Virus record (IMG/VR): IMGVR_UViG_3300017963_000231
Coordinates: 1-64,000 of that record
From: a virus
Reading direction: 5' to 3' (one strand)
DNA: 64,000 nucleotides
The notes beneath the pieces are model-generated. The model was not told where the DNA came from and ran no database searches. It worked only from the letters and a program-made list of their open reading frames with translations. Made by a program: the position numbers and the translations under genes. This document shows positions 1 to 9,701 of this stretch, one piece after another; within the stretch, counting starts at the first letter, position 1, and every line of letters begins with the position of its first letter.

Positions 1-147
1 CGAGAAGTCTGGAGAAAGCCCTGGAAGTGTTCAAAAAGGATCAACAAGGGAGAAGTCTCTACAAGGTTGAGGTCAGTCAAGTGGAGCCTCTGAATGTGTG
101 TCCAGTCTGTGGCAACATGGTAGCAGATTACAATAAGGTAGAGTAGG

Positions 148-2862
148 ATGAGCGAAAATTTAAGTGCTATGCTGGAAGTAGCGGTCCCATTATGGGCCGT
201 GGAATTGAAAAACCAACCTTGGGATTATATCTTATCCCGAGCGCGTGAATGTTCTCAGGTAATTGCGGAAAAAGGGGATATCATCCTTTTCAAGTCAAAG
301 AAAAAAGGTGAATCGGCTGATGCTTTCAATCGATTGGCGGAAGGAGTAGCATGTTTATCTTTTATTCCTGGCGGTGTAACTGTTTTTGGCACGCACTATG
401 AAAATGAATATGGAGGGAAACCATGAGCGGAAAACGGGCAAAGGAAAATCGGAAACAAGGACTTGATCGGAGATCCCAAGTAAAACAACGGTTGATCGAG
501 AAGTTTAACAGGCAACAACTCCGGGCTATCAAAGAGGCTGAAAAGTGGGAAAAAGGGGAGGAGTTCGATCCCAATATTGTGATTCGAGGACTCTCAGAGG
601 CAGAGCAACTTACCATGAAAGGTCACGCAACTCCTTCAGAGATGATATTCAAGAGGCTCATTGCCAAGAGATGCGTGAGGATCGTTCAAGATGAGGAGGA
701 AGGTAAGATTCGATTGGTCCCCACCGTTTTGGGGTTGATCGTAGCTGACATCCTCCACAAGCGGTTGACAGTTATCCCCCGAAAGAAGATCAAAGTTACT
801 ACTCGGGATGATGGCGGGGCGGTTGTTTCAGGTCTCAAGAGAGGAAAGCTCTACCTTCCTGATGGAGTTGAGGCGGGGAGAGTTGATTGCTCGAAAGAAA
901 ATCAAGGCAATAAACCAAAGGAAAACCGGGATGAATAAAGATCGAATGGATGAAATCGAGAAGGAAGCTCTAAAGATGGTGAGAGATCCTGATTCGGAAT
1001 GGGCCGGATGGGATAAAGTTACTCCCCAAGATGCCCTGGATCTAATCTCGACGATCCGAAAGTTGAAAGGGGACGTGTCTTACTTCAAGAGGTGCTATGC
1101 CCATTCAGTAGAGGTCCGAAGGGAATTACGATGAAAGAGCCAACCTATAATGAAAAAGAACGGTATCTCAATATCCGAAAAGGGAGCAAAACCGGGGTAC
1201 GGGAGCCTTCTCGGGATGACCTGAAATTTTGTGAGTATATCTATGCCAATTTTAAGGAGTGGGTAGATTCTAAAGAGGTCAGATATGAGATATATCGTGA
1301 TACCGTACCTTTTGGCGGGTTCATCATGTCTGAAGAGAAGTTTACATGAACTGCTCATATTCCCGTGTAGTGGTTGTGGGGAAACCATTTGCCAGGAGTG
1401 TTTCAACCCCATCGACTATGATGCTATGGATATTTGCGATGACTGCTATGCGATTTATACGGAGTAACCCATTATAAAATATAGTAAATAAAAAATTCAT
1501 TTTCCCTTCACTTTTTTCTTGACAAACGATTTTATAGGTGCTATACTAGTTTTCAAGATGGGAAAACAAAGCAAGGCAAACGTTAAGAAAAGTGAGGAGG
1601 GAAAACCAATGACGAGCATAGAAAGAGCGGAAAACTGGAGGGATCAGGTGGAAATGGAACTCATAGAAACCGAAAGCCTTTTGAACATGATGCTCCATTC
1701 CAGTGAATCAACCCAAGCGGATGTGGAAAAGATGCAGGATCAGGTGGAGCGGCTTAAGCATGAGCATACTCTGGCGGACGGGGAAGTCAAGATATCCCGT
1801 CTCGAAGAGGGATTCAGGAACCTGAGCCGCAAGGAACTGACCATGCTGGCGAATCGGGAGTGGACTGACTGGAAGGTCAAGGAAGCCGCCTTACGGGTCA
1901 AGGATTGGAAGGATGAGCGCCGGTGTGAAAGGAAGGTATCGTGATGAAAACCATAAAATGCCGGAATCCGGAGTGTACTTTTAACCTGATTATCGATGAC
2001 CGTCAAGGCGTGATCCGGTGCCCCAAGTGCAAAACCCAACATGACCTTTCCACCGTGAACGTTGGAAGTCAAAAAACAAAAGTGAGGTAAGATACCATGA
2101 TGGAATGGCATATCCCCTCAATAGAGGAACTGAGAGACGTTTACGGAGTGGAAGTGGATTTTATCCCGGAGAGTAATGTTGCTATCGTGGTGGCGAACAA
2201 GGAAACAAAGAAAGTAGAGTTCTTGGAAATCGATTACTCGAAGATCGGCCTATCGAGCATTCAGCCTCAAGGATTCCATTTCCAGGATGATCTAAGTAAA
2301 ATGGAATCCTTTTTCGGGCCGTCAGGATGCCCCACAAGTGATGATATTGCGTGGGTCAGAGGTTTCAAGTTCAAGCACGATTCTTACCCCGATGAAATCA
2401 AAGTAAAAGTTGCCGGTATTCTGGCCGTGTTGGTCAAGGATTCCGCTGATGCTTTCAGGATTGCCGAGGCTTTTGCAAGGTATGCACGAATTAAGGGAAA
2501 CTCGGCGGATACTTACGCGGCAATGGCCTTTTATTTCCAGGCTCGGAATTTGATTGCGAAGGGGGATTAAATTGAGTGAGAATGCAAAAGAAAACCTTGA
2601 GTTATCTCTGAAAGTTAACTTTCTGGAAGAGCTATTCGGGGACAAAGCCAAGACTACTGAGCATGATATGATGAGGGCTCGCAAGTTGCTCCAAAAGCAT
2701 CCCGTTCATTCAACCCGAGTTAAGAAAGTTGCTTTGATGGCTTCCCGGATAACACATCCAGATAAAGCCTTCCGCCGGGCAAAAGCCTTTGAATTCATGG
2801 GATTACCGGAAGGGAAGAAAATCATGGTTGAAAAATGCTGGGAGCTATTGGGGAATTTATGA
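148..2862 (+). other. Run of small hypothetical early genes (148-426, 423-938, 931-1134, 1131-1349, 1609-1944, 2097-2570, ~2572-2862)
   Basis: Tandem or overlapping ORFs, several with ATGA coupling and SD motifs; no recognisable domains. Confidence 0.7.
1519..1547 (+). promoter_or_regulatory. Strong sigma70-type early promoter, copy 1
   Basis: TTGACA-17bp-TATACT with extended -10 TG; sequence nearly identical to copies at 4196, 6127, 34035 and 35630. Confidence 0.9.
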
Positions 2863-3653
2863 TGAGAAAGGGACAGAGGAATTTTTTTGTATTTTTAGTC
2901 ATGTGTTTGGGCCTTCTCCTTACGGGGGATAGCCCTTCTCATGCGGAGCGCCAGTGTGAGCCGCTGATTGTGGAGAAGAAGGTGGTGGAGGAAGTGCTAG
3001 TATGCCCGGTGTGCTCCCTTCCAAAACCCTGCTTTTGGGCCAACGTAGCTCCTTCTGAGGCCGTGAAACTAGTAGAGGGGGCCATTACCTATCTTGATAC
3101 CGAGAAGAGGTATTTCAGGGGGAGGAAGCAAGCTCCAATCCTGAGTAAAAAAACCCGGAGGTACTATGCTTCTCGGATTGTGATGGAGTGCTACCGTCGG
3201 CAGATTGATCCTATTCGATTCACGGCTTTGATCTGGATCGAATCAGGGTTTAACCATAAGGCTCGATCTCATGCCGGGGCTAGAGGATTATGTCAAATCA
3301 TGCCTTTTTGGGTAGGGTATGGCGGTGAGCATCTTGATTTGGCTCGAATAGAGCATCCAGATTCCTGGCAAGTGGAGGATCTTTACGATCCGGATACCAA
3401 CATTTACCTTGGGGTTGAGATACTCCATTATTATCTGAAACAACGGAAAGGGAATTTCCGGAGGGCTATGGCTTCTTATAACGGGAGTTTGGGTTGGTCT
3501 TGGTATCCGAATATGGTTGATCGGGTGTATCGTGATCTCCTGAAGCAAGGATTCATCCCCGGTGATTACGATGAATTTACCCTGGAATTGGGGTACGATA
3601 CTGATTATTCAATATGGAGTAGGTTTAGCCCTTACGCTATTCCCGGCCCATAA
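2859..3653 (+). CDS. Lytic transglycosylase (SLT domain) with N-terminal signal/anchor
   Basis: IESGFNHKARSHAGARGLCQIMP, NIYLG, ASYNG motifs; hydrophobic N-terminus. Confidence 0.9.
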   Translation: MMRKGQRNFFVFLVMCLGLLLTGDSPSHAERQCEPLIVEKKVVEEVLVCPVCSLPKPCFWANVAPSEAVKLVEGAITYLDTEKRYFRGRKQAPILSKKTRRYYASRIVMECYRRQIDPIRFTALIWIESGFNHKARSHAGARGLCQIMPFWVGYGGEHLDLARIEHPDSWQVEDLYDPDTNIYLGVEILHYYLKQRKGNFRRAMASYNGSLGWSWYPNMVDRVYRDLLKQGFIPGDYDEFTLELGYDTDYSIWSRFSPYAIPGP

Positions 3654-3663
3654 GGAGGAGAAA

Positions 3664-4113
3664 ATGAAGGATTTTGCGATTAGGGTTTTAGTAGGGACGG
3701 TGCTTTTCATTGTGGTAGGGGGGATATTTACATTTTTACTCATCCCTCTCTTTATTCACATTCCTAATGCTGAGGCTTCAAGCCGAAATCGGGATTACCC
3801 CGACCGGGAGTATGATGCCACCATTACCCGGTGGATCGATGGGGATTCAGCTATTGTAGATATCAAAGTGGGGCTTGGGATATGGCTTCACGATCAACAT
3901 TTAAGGCTGAATCGAGTTGATACGCCGGAACGGGGGGAAGAGGACTATCAGGAGGCCACTAAGGTATCCATGAGGGTTTGCAGTCCCGGAAGAGCGTACC
4001 CAATCCAGGTGCTCGGGAAAGACAAGTACGGAAGGTGGGTTGTGGAAATGACCTGTGTAGGGGTAAACCTGAATGATTCTCTCATTCAACGGGGATGGGA
4101 GTATGAGAAGTAG
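3664..4113 (+). CDS. Thermonuclease (SNase-like), membrane anchored
   Basis: IDGDS, RLNRVDTPE, KDKYGRW motifs; N-terminal TM helix; AGGAGG SD. Confidence 0.9.
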   Translation: MKDFAIRVLVGTVLFIVVGGIFTFLLIPLFIHIPNAEASSRNRDYPDREYDATITRWIDGDSAIVDIKVGLGIWLHDQHLRLNRVDTPERGEEDYQEATKVSMRVCSPGRAYPIQVLGKDKYGRWVVEMTCVGVNLNDSLIQRGWEYEK

Positions 4114-4152
4114 TAAACCCTGCATTCTTCGATGCCTATTAGTGTAGGGTTG

Positions 4153-4183
4153 ATTTAGGGAGCATCGGGCTCCCTAAATTTTT
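4153..4183 (+). terminator. Rho-independent terminator
   Basis: ATTTAGGGAGC-atcgg-GCTCCCTAAAT followed by a T-run. Confidence 0.8.
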
Positions 4184-4195
4184 CTCATTTTTTTC

Positions 4196-4224
4196 TTGAC
4201 AAACGATTTTATAGGTGCTATACT
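4196..4224 (+). promoter_or_regulatory. Early promoter, copy 2
   Basis: TTGACAAACGATTTTATAGGTGCTATACT, identical to copy 1. Confidence 0.9.
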
Positions 4225-4285
4225 AGTTTTCAAGATGGGAAATGGAAACAAGGCAAGCGTTAAGAAAGACAAGGAGGGAAACAAA

Positions 4286-5434
4286 ATGGAATTCATGATC
4301 ACCGCCAAGATAGTTCACGAAACCCCGAAAGCGGTCCTCGCGGTAACCAACGTGGAAGCCAAGAACGACGGGACTTTTGAGTGTCTGGAAAACAAGGTTT
4401 GGCTCCCGAAAAGCCAGATCAAGTTGGAGCCCGGCTGGGAGAAAGGCAAGAAAACCATAATTGAACTTCCTGAGTGGCTGATAAACGCCAAGGGGCTCTA
4501 AGGAGGGATGACCATGGAATTCAACGAAATCATGTTTAAGCTCCAAACTCTGGATGAATCTATCGATGAACTGGATGGGGACATTCAGCATGCCATCGAT
4601 TTTGAGGATGGATCACATCTCCCTATGATCGAGATGATGAACGCCATGCTCAAGCAGAAAGCGGAACTTGTGGAGGCTCTGAAGGGCATGGATGAGAAGC
4701 CTTCTCAGGCCGTTCAGGAGTGGACTGAGGCGAAGATAGTGAAACTCTTGGATACCATGCCCAAGAATCAGCTTCACCGGCCCTTAAAACGCCTTTGGGA
4801 TCGTCAGACGGCGGATGAGCAAGATTGCTGGGGAGCCCATCATCAAAACGGTATCGGTTTCAACAAGCATGATGCAAAATTCGCCGGGGCCATGGTTACG
4901 TGGTGGGGGCATAAGGGCTTTTTCTCCCCGAAACAAGAGAAGGCCATTCGGACCATGCTCAAGAAGTACCGTCGCCAGTTAACGGAAATCGCGAATGAGG
5001 GGGTGTGATGAGTAAACTCCTCAAAGCCGCGAAGAGTGACCCTAAGATGATTGTGTTCATAGTAAATAAGGGGGGAAAGTTTACTTACATGATCAAGGTG
5101 GGGAATGCGATTACTCTTTGCAAAGGATCCTCCGGGTATGCTCGAAGGACGGATGCGGTAAAGGAAGCCAAAAGAATAATCAACAAATTCCGGAATATGC
5201 AAGATGATGATATTGCGATTCTGGAGATGGAGGAGTGAGATGCCGAAATATTTAGTGATGGATGGTGTAACGGGAAAGACTGCCCTTCGCGTAAGTGGTA
5301 TCGATAAGATAGCAATCGTGGAATCTGAAACGCCGACTAAGGCTTTGGAGATTCTGGAAAAGGGGCCAGAAGCCCTAACCAAAGTCCTGATGGATGAGGA
5401 TTCAATGCTGATCAGGGTCGATACCCCGGAGTGA
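4286..5434 (+). other. Early hypothetical genes (4286-4501, 4508-5008, 5005-5238, 5240-5434)
   Basis: Strong GGAGG SD sites; 4508-5008 has a QTADEQ...NGIGF motif that I recall from conserved phage proteins. Confidence 0.7.
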
Positions 5435-5470
5435 AAAAATGAAATCTGATGATAATAATGAGGAGGTAAC

Positions 5471-5965
5471 ATGAATTTTGTGTTAAAAGCGGTTGAAATA
5501 GCTCATGAGGTTTACGATGAATCGACCTTGATTCATGCTCATCGAGTAGCCCTCCCGTTTTGGCAGTGGGGACAGGTCAGGAATCTTCAGAGCGGGTCCG
5601 TTCCAGGAAAGATTTTGCAGATTATACCGTCATTGGTTTACACTACGGTAGCAATCCTGCATGACGTGATCGAGGATGATCCTGACTGGACTCCCTCTCG
5701 TTTGGAGAAGGTGGGATTCGATGATACCGTGATCGATGCGGTAGTTCTCCTGACTCGGGCTAAGGGAGAGGAGTATGAATCTTACATCGGAGGGGTATTG
5801 ACAAATGATATCGCTCGAACGGTTAAGCTGGCGGATATCAATGACAATCTTTGGGGTAGATTAGAAGCCCCGAAACCCTCCCTTAAAAAACGCTATCTGA
5901 AAGCGGAGAAGGTACTGATCTATGGGAAAACCATTTCACGGAACTCGGAAAGTAAAGAAAACTAA
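5471..5965 (+). CDS. HD-domain hydrolase (Mesh1/SpoT-hydrolase-like)
   Basis: AHE...HAHRVA...AILHDVIED...LLTR...VKLADINDN. Confidence 0.8.
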   Translation: MNFVLKAVEIAHEVYDESTLIHAHRVALPFWQWGQVRNLQSGSVPGKILQIIPSLVYTTVAILHDVIEDDPDWTPSRLEKVGFDDTVIDAVVLLTRAKGEEYESYIGGVLTNDIARTVKLADINDNLWGRLEAPKPSLKKRYLKAEKVLIYGKTISRNSESKEN

Positions 5966-6095
5966 GAGGATATGCCTCTCTTGTGAGCGTTCTTTCATGT
6001 CTACTGGAATAGGTAACCGGGTATGTCGCAAGTGCAAGGAGCGGAGTGAGTACAACACGGGCTATGAAGATGTTAGTTATCATCGAACCCGTTGA
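5922..6095 (+). CDS. Small Zn-finger protein (57 aa, absent from the ORF track)
   Basis: Translates as ...RICLSCERSFMSTGIGNRVCRKCK... Confidence 0.6.
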   Translation: MGKPFHGTRKVKKTKRICLSCERSFMSTGIGNRVCRKCKERSEYNTGYEDVSYHRTR

Positions 6096-6126
6096 TAAAT
6101 AAAAGGAAAGATTTTTCATTTTTTTC

Positions 6127-6155
6127 TTGACAAACGTTTTTATAGGTGTTATACT
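6127..6155 (+). promoter_or_regulatory. Early promoter, copy 3
   Basis: TTGACA-17-TATACT with the same spacer family. Confidence 0.9.
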
Positions 6156-7481
6156 AGTTTTTAAGATGGAGCAAGGCAAAAACAAAATGGAGGGAAACAA
6201 AATGAAAAACGCATTTACCAAATGGTTCGAGACTTTCTTAGAGGAAAAGAATCTCCCCCTCGCGTCCTGGGAGATTGAGGATGAATCGGGGATGGTTCAC
6301 TTCATCGACTCGGAAGTGGTGATCGAGGCCATCAAGGCGGCTCCGGCTTCCGAGCAAGCTCAGATCAAAGACGTGATCGTGAAAATCGATTTCGCCAATG
6401 GTGACGTAAACCACTTTTTCGGCCACCTTGCCAAAGGACTCGTGGCCAACTTCGGAGGGTAAGGCAATGCAGGATGTGAAAATCAGCGGGTGTGTAGGGG
6501 ACTTTGTGGCTAGTAATGATCCGGGTACGGTCGGAAAGACCGATGAACACATACTGGCCGAGTTCCTGGAGACTGCGGATATCCCGACCATGAGGAAGGA
6601 TATTTCCAAGGTAGAGAATCTTCTCTGGCTTTCGCGAAACATCAAGATCAGAAACAAAGTCCCGTCCCATGTGATGGTGGCCTTGGTTCATTGCCTTCGG
6701 GCTTCCAGGGGGGAGTAATATATTGACGGAAACAATGGATGGCGTGGTAGCTCAGGCTCGGGCGGAAATCGAATCTTACATGAGTAAAATTTCTTTCTCG
6801 GGATCTACGGAAATTCCGGTATTACCTGGAGGAGACGAATGATTATGACCAAACCAAAATCCGAAATAAGCATCCCCAAAATCTTAGAGGAAGTTGGGGT
6901 CAAAATTAGGAGAGAGAAGAACGCTCGGCAGGGTGAGAGGTTTTGTATGCTCGGGTTGAATTTCATGAAATATGCCGAATCACATACCTTTCCTCATGCT
7001 CCGGTAGAAGTACATAGAATGGTCGTGTTTTCTATGTTGGCAAGTACCGTTACGCAAAAAGGCAATGTTCTCTATGCCAATATTCCAAAGGAGGTTCTTG
7101 ATGCGATTGACGCGGAAATTGAGGCTGAAGGTGTGGATGAGAAACCAAAAGGATCGTCTGATTGTAAGTATTGTGACTCCCCAACTTGCGGCCTTGCGGG
7201 TTCCTGCGGGGGAGATAAACCGACTGATGAGGAGGAGTAAGTAAAATGTGGGAAAAGGGCGATGTGGCGGCGCACAAGGGATTCCAGGGTACAATTCTCA
7301 AGCTACTCGATAGGAAGGCCGGAAAAGGGGTAAAGGGCAATCCTGAGTTCTTTGTGTGGGATTGCGTGGTGATCGAACGGGGAGAGATAGGAGACTTTGA
7401 AGGACTGGCTACCGTCTCGGAAAAGCTCCTCAAACCCGTTCCGGCATGGCTGAAAAGCTAAGAAAAAAGGGAGGAAAGAAA

Positions 7482-7901
7482 ATGCCTAAGATGGACGTAG
7501 TTTGCGAGTTTGCCCTTGGCCAAAGGGTATGGGTGATGAGCCCGCAAAGTGTCAAAAAAACCGAGACTAAGAAGTGCGGATTTTGCGGAGGATCAGGCAA
7601 GATCCAAGGGAAAGACAAGCGGAAAATGCTCTGCCCGGAATGCCGTGGATCAGGTAAAATATCCAATCATTCCTACCATCACAAGCCCGTCAGTGGAACC
7701 ATAGAAGTTATCCAGGTAACCAAGACGTGTTCCATGGATGGGGATGAAGTAATGAAAGCGGAAATCAGCTACCGGATAAGCAATCCCAAAGTGTTTGGGT
7801 GTACTGGGTATCGGAGAAGCGGCCCTCCCTTTTTCAGCGAATCCCGAGTGTTCGCAACCAAGAAGGAATGCCAGGAGCAAATCGATCACGGGTTGGCATG
7901 A
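7482..7901 (+). CDS. Protein with DnaJ-type Zn finger
   Basis: CGFCGGSG...CPECRGSG. Confidence 0.65.
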   Translation: MPKMDVVCEFALGQRVWVMSPQSVKKTETKKCGFCGGSGKIQGKDKRKMLCPECRGSGKISNHSYHHKPVSGTIEVIQVTKTCSMDGDEVMKAEISYRISNPKVFGCTGYRRSGPPFFSESRVFATKKECQEQIDHGLA

Positions 7902-8107
7902 GAATGAAATGGTCAGTGGATAAAAACGGCTATGCCGTCCTGGGTTTTGGAAAGCATGCAGGAAAGCCCCTTTGGGATGTTCCGACAAGTTACCTGACCT
8001 GGATGTGTAATCAGCATGCGGATGAGGGCGACTTTGATGAGAATCTCATCCTCGAAGTAGAAGAGGAATTAAAAGACCGGGGTGAGGATATACCTTGCGG
8101 GGGGTAG
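7898..8107 (+). CDS. DUF3820/ExoX C-terminal-like small protein
   Basis: FGKHAGKPLWDVPTSYLTW motif. Confidence 0.7.
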   Translation: MRMKWSVDKNGYAVLGFGKHAGKPLWDVPTSYLTWMCNQHADEGDFDENLILEVEEELKDRGEDIPCGG

Positions 8108-9316
8108 AATGGAAATCTTGGATAAAGTAGGCCGTCCCATCAGGCCCGGTGATATCATCACCTTCGCCAGTCCCATCGGAAAGACATCTCATCTCCGAAT
8201 CGGAAAAGTTCGGAGGATCGAAAGGAGAGAGAGGCGGGGGTATCCTAATAGGGTTACTACTATCATAATCCGGTCAATTACGGATTGGTATCCTTACTCC
8301 CTGGAGTTAATGAGCAAGGATGCCCAACTTATCGATCCGAAGCGAATCATCGTTCTGGAGCCGTCTCAGGTCCGGCCAGAGTGGAAAAATCTCCTGGATA
8401 CCGTGGAGGTGTTACCATGACACTCAAGGTTTTTCGGTATAAGGTAAAACGGTCTTCCATCTATGGAACATGGGAATACACGGTTACTGATATCAATCAG
8501 GATGAGCATTTCCTTGAAGAGTGGGGAGAGTATCTTGATGATCGATATGGATGGTCCGAATACTACCGTGGTTACATCATCGAAAGGGTATTTGACCCTA
8601 CGATTATTTTGAAAGTTCTTACCAAAGAGTGGGATAGAAAGACTTGTCAAATGAATAGGCTTTTTAGGGAGCGGGCAGATCTACACCGCGACATTAGGGA
8701 TATTAAAATCCCCTTGAATGAAGATGAAATCGAGTATCAGGAAGCAATGCTGGAGGGGTAAATATGAGCGTCAAATGCTTTGAACCTTGCTACTATATGC
8801 GACCGGGAAGGCGGTGCCCTGCGATGTGTGATCAAAGCTCACATTTTAAGCCTATGGATTCGGAGCCTGATCCTGGATATTGTTGGAAACCTAGAATCCC
8901 AGTCAAGCGCGATGGGAATGATCCGTGGTGTGAGCAAGTTGCTACTCCCGTTGATCGATGTTCGGAATGTAAATGGTGGTATCAAAGTGATTAATCCAAC
9001 CGATAACGATGAGGGAAGGCTAGTCAAATATACTACCGGCGGGGACGGTAGACTGGAATTGTCTTCTGAGTACGGCAGGATCTATTCCTTCTCTGATAAG
9101 TACGTTTTTGTCCAGTTTGAGGATGGCCGTGGCGGGTATCAGATGACTCCACAAGCGTGTAGTAAGGAAAATCTGGAATGGTGCGACAATTATTTCCAGC
9201 TTTCCCCGGCCCGATTGGCCGAAATAGCAAAACGAGACTTGGCAAGTTCCGCACACCGTGCGGTGACTAACGCTCAGTGTTCCGTAAGTATCAAAAACAG
9301 GTGAGAAAAATGTTAT

Positions 9317-9368
9317 CGGGGACTGGCGTATCTTAGGATGGGGAGTTCGATTCTCCCCGCCCCGACCA
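9317..9368 (+). pseudogene. Truncated tRNA (tRNA-Pro-like acceptor and T arm only)
   Basis: CGGGG...GGGAG-TTCGATT-CTCCC-CGCCCCG-A-CCA; no D or anticodon arm. Confidence 0.6.
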
Positions 9369-9371
9369 TGT

Positions 9372-9445
9372 GGGCTGGTAGTGTAGCGGGAACACAGATG
9401 ACTTTGACTCATCAGTTGGAGGTTCAACTCCTTCCCGGTCCACCA
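9372..9445 (+). tRNA. tRNA-Gln(UUG)
   Basis: GGGCTGG/CCGGTCC acceptor, GTGT/ACAC D stem, GATGA-CTTTGAC-TCATC anticodon arm, GGAGG-TTCAACT-CCTTC T arm, encoded CCA. Confidence 0.9.
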
Positions 9446-9701
9446 TTTTAAGGGGGAACGATGAAGATTAAAAATGTCGAACTATGGGCTCGAATAGAGG
9501 CAAATCGGAAAGGGGTATGGGAAATTCGAGATATTGCATCTTCTCGTAAAGAACTAGAAGAACGCCTCAATTTTGTTGGAGAATTTTTTGATGTAAGAGC
9601 AAAAATTATTAAAGTAGTAGTTTCTCCGAAAATCGGCAAGAGTGGAAGGCCCGTGGTGGTAGTTTCGAGGGAACTGAAAGATTAAAAGCGGAGATAATAA
9701 G

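Larger units (their letters stand above)
6202..9304 (+). other. Run of small hypothetical genes (6202-6462, 6467-6718, 6839-7240, 7246-7461, 8109-8420, 8417-8761, 8764-8994, 8987-9304)
   Basis: Tandem ORFs with SD motifs; several are Cys-rich. Confidence 0.65.

Noticed and set aside
1519-1608. Shared N-terminus MTNDFIGAILVFKM in ORFs at 1519, 4196 and 6127
   Set aside because: Artefact of translating the repeated promoter from the TTG of TTGACA; true starts are 1609, 4286 and 6202
9200-9300. Hairpin CCGCAC-ACC-GTGCGG upstream of the tRNAs as another RNA gene
   Set aside because: A single short hairpin inside an ORF, with no cloverleaf or ribozyme core found
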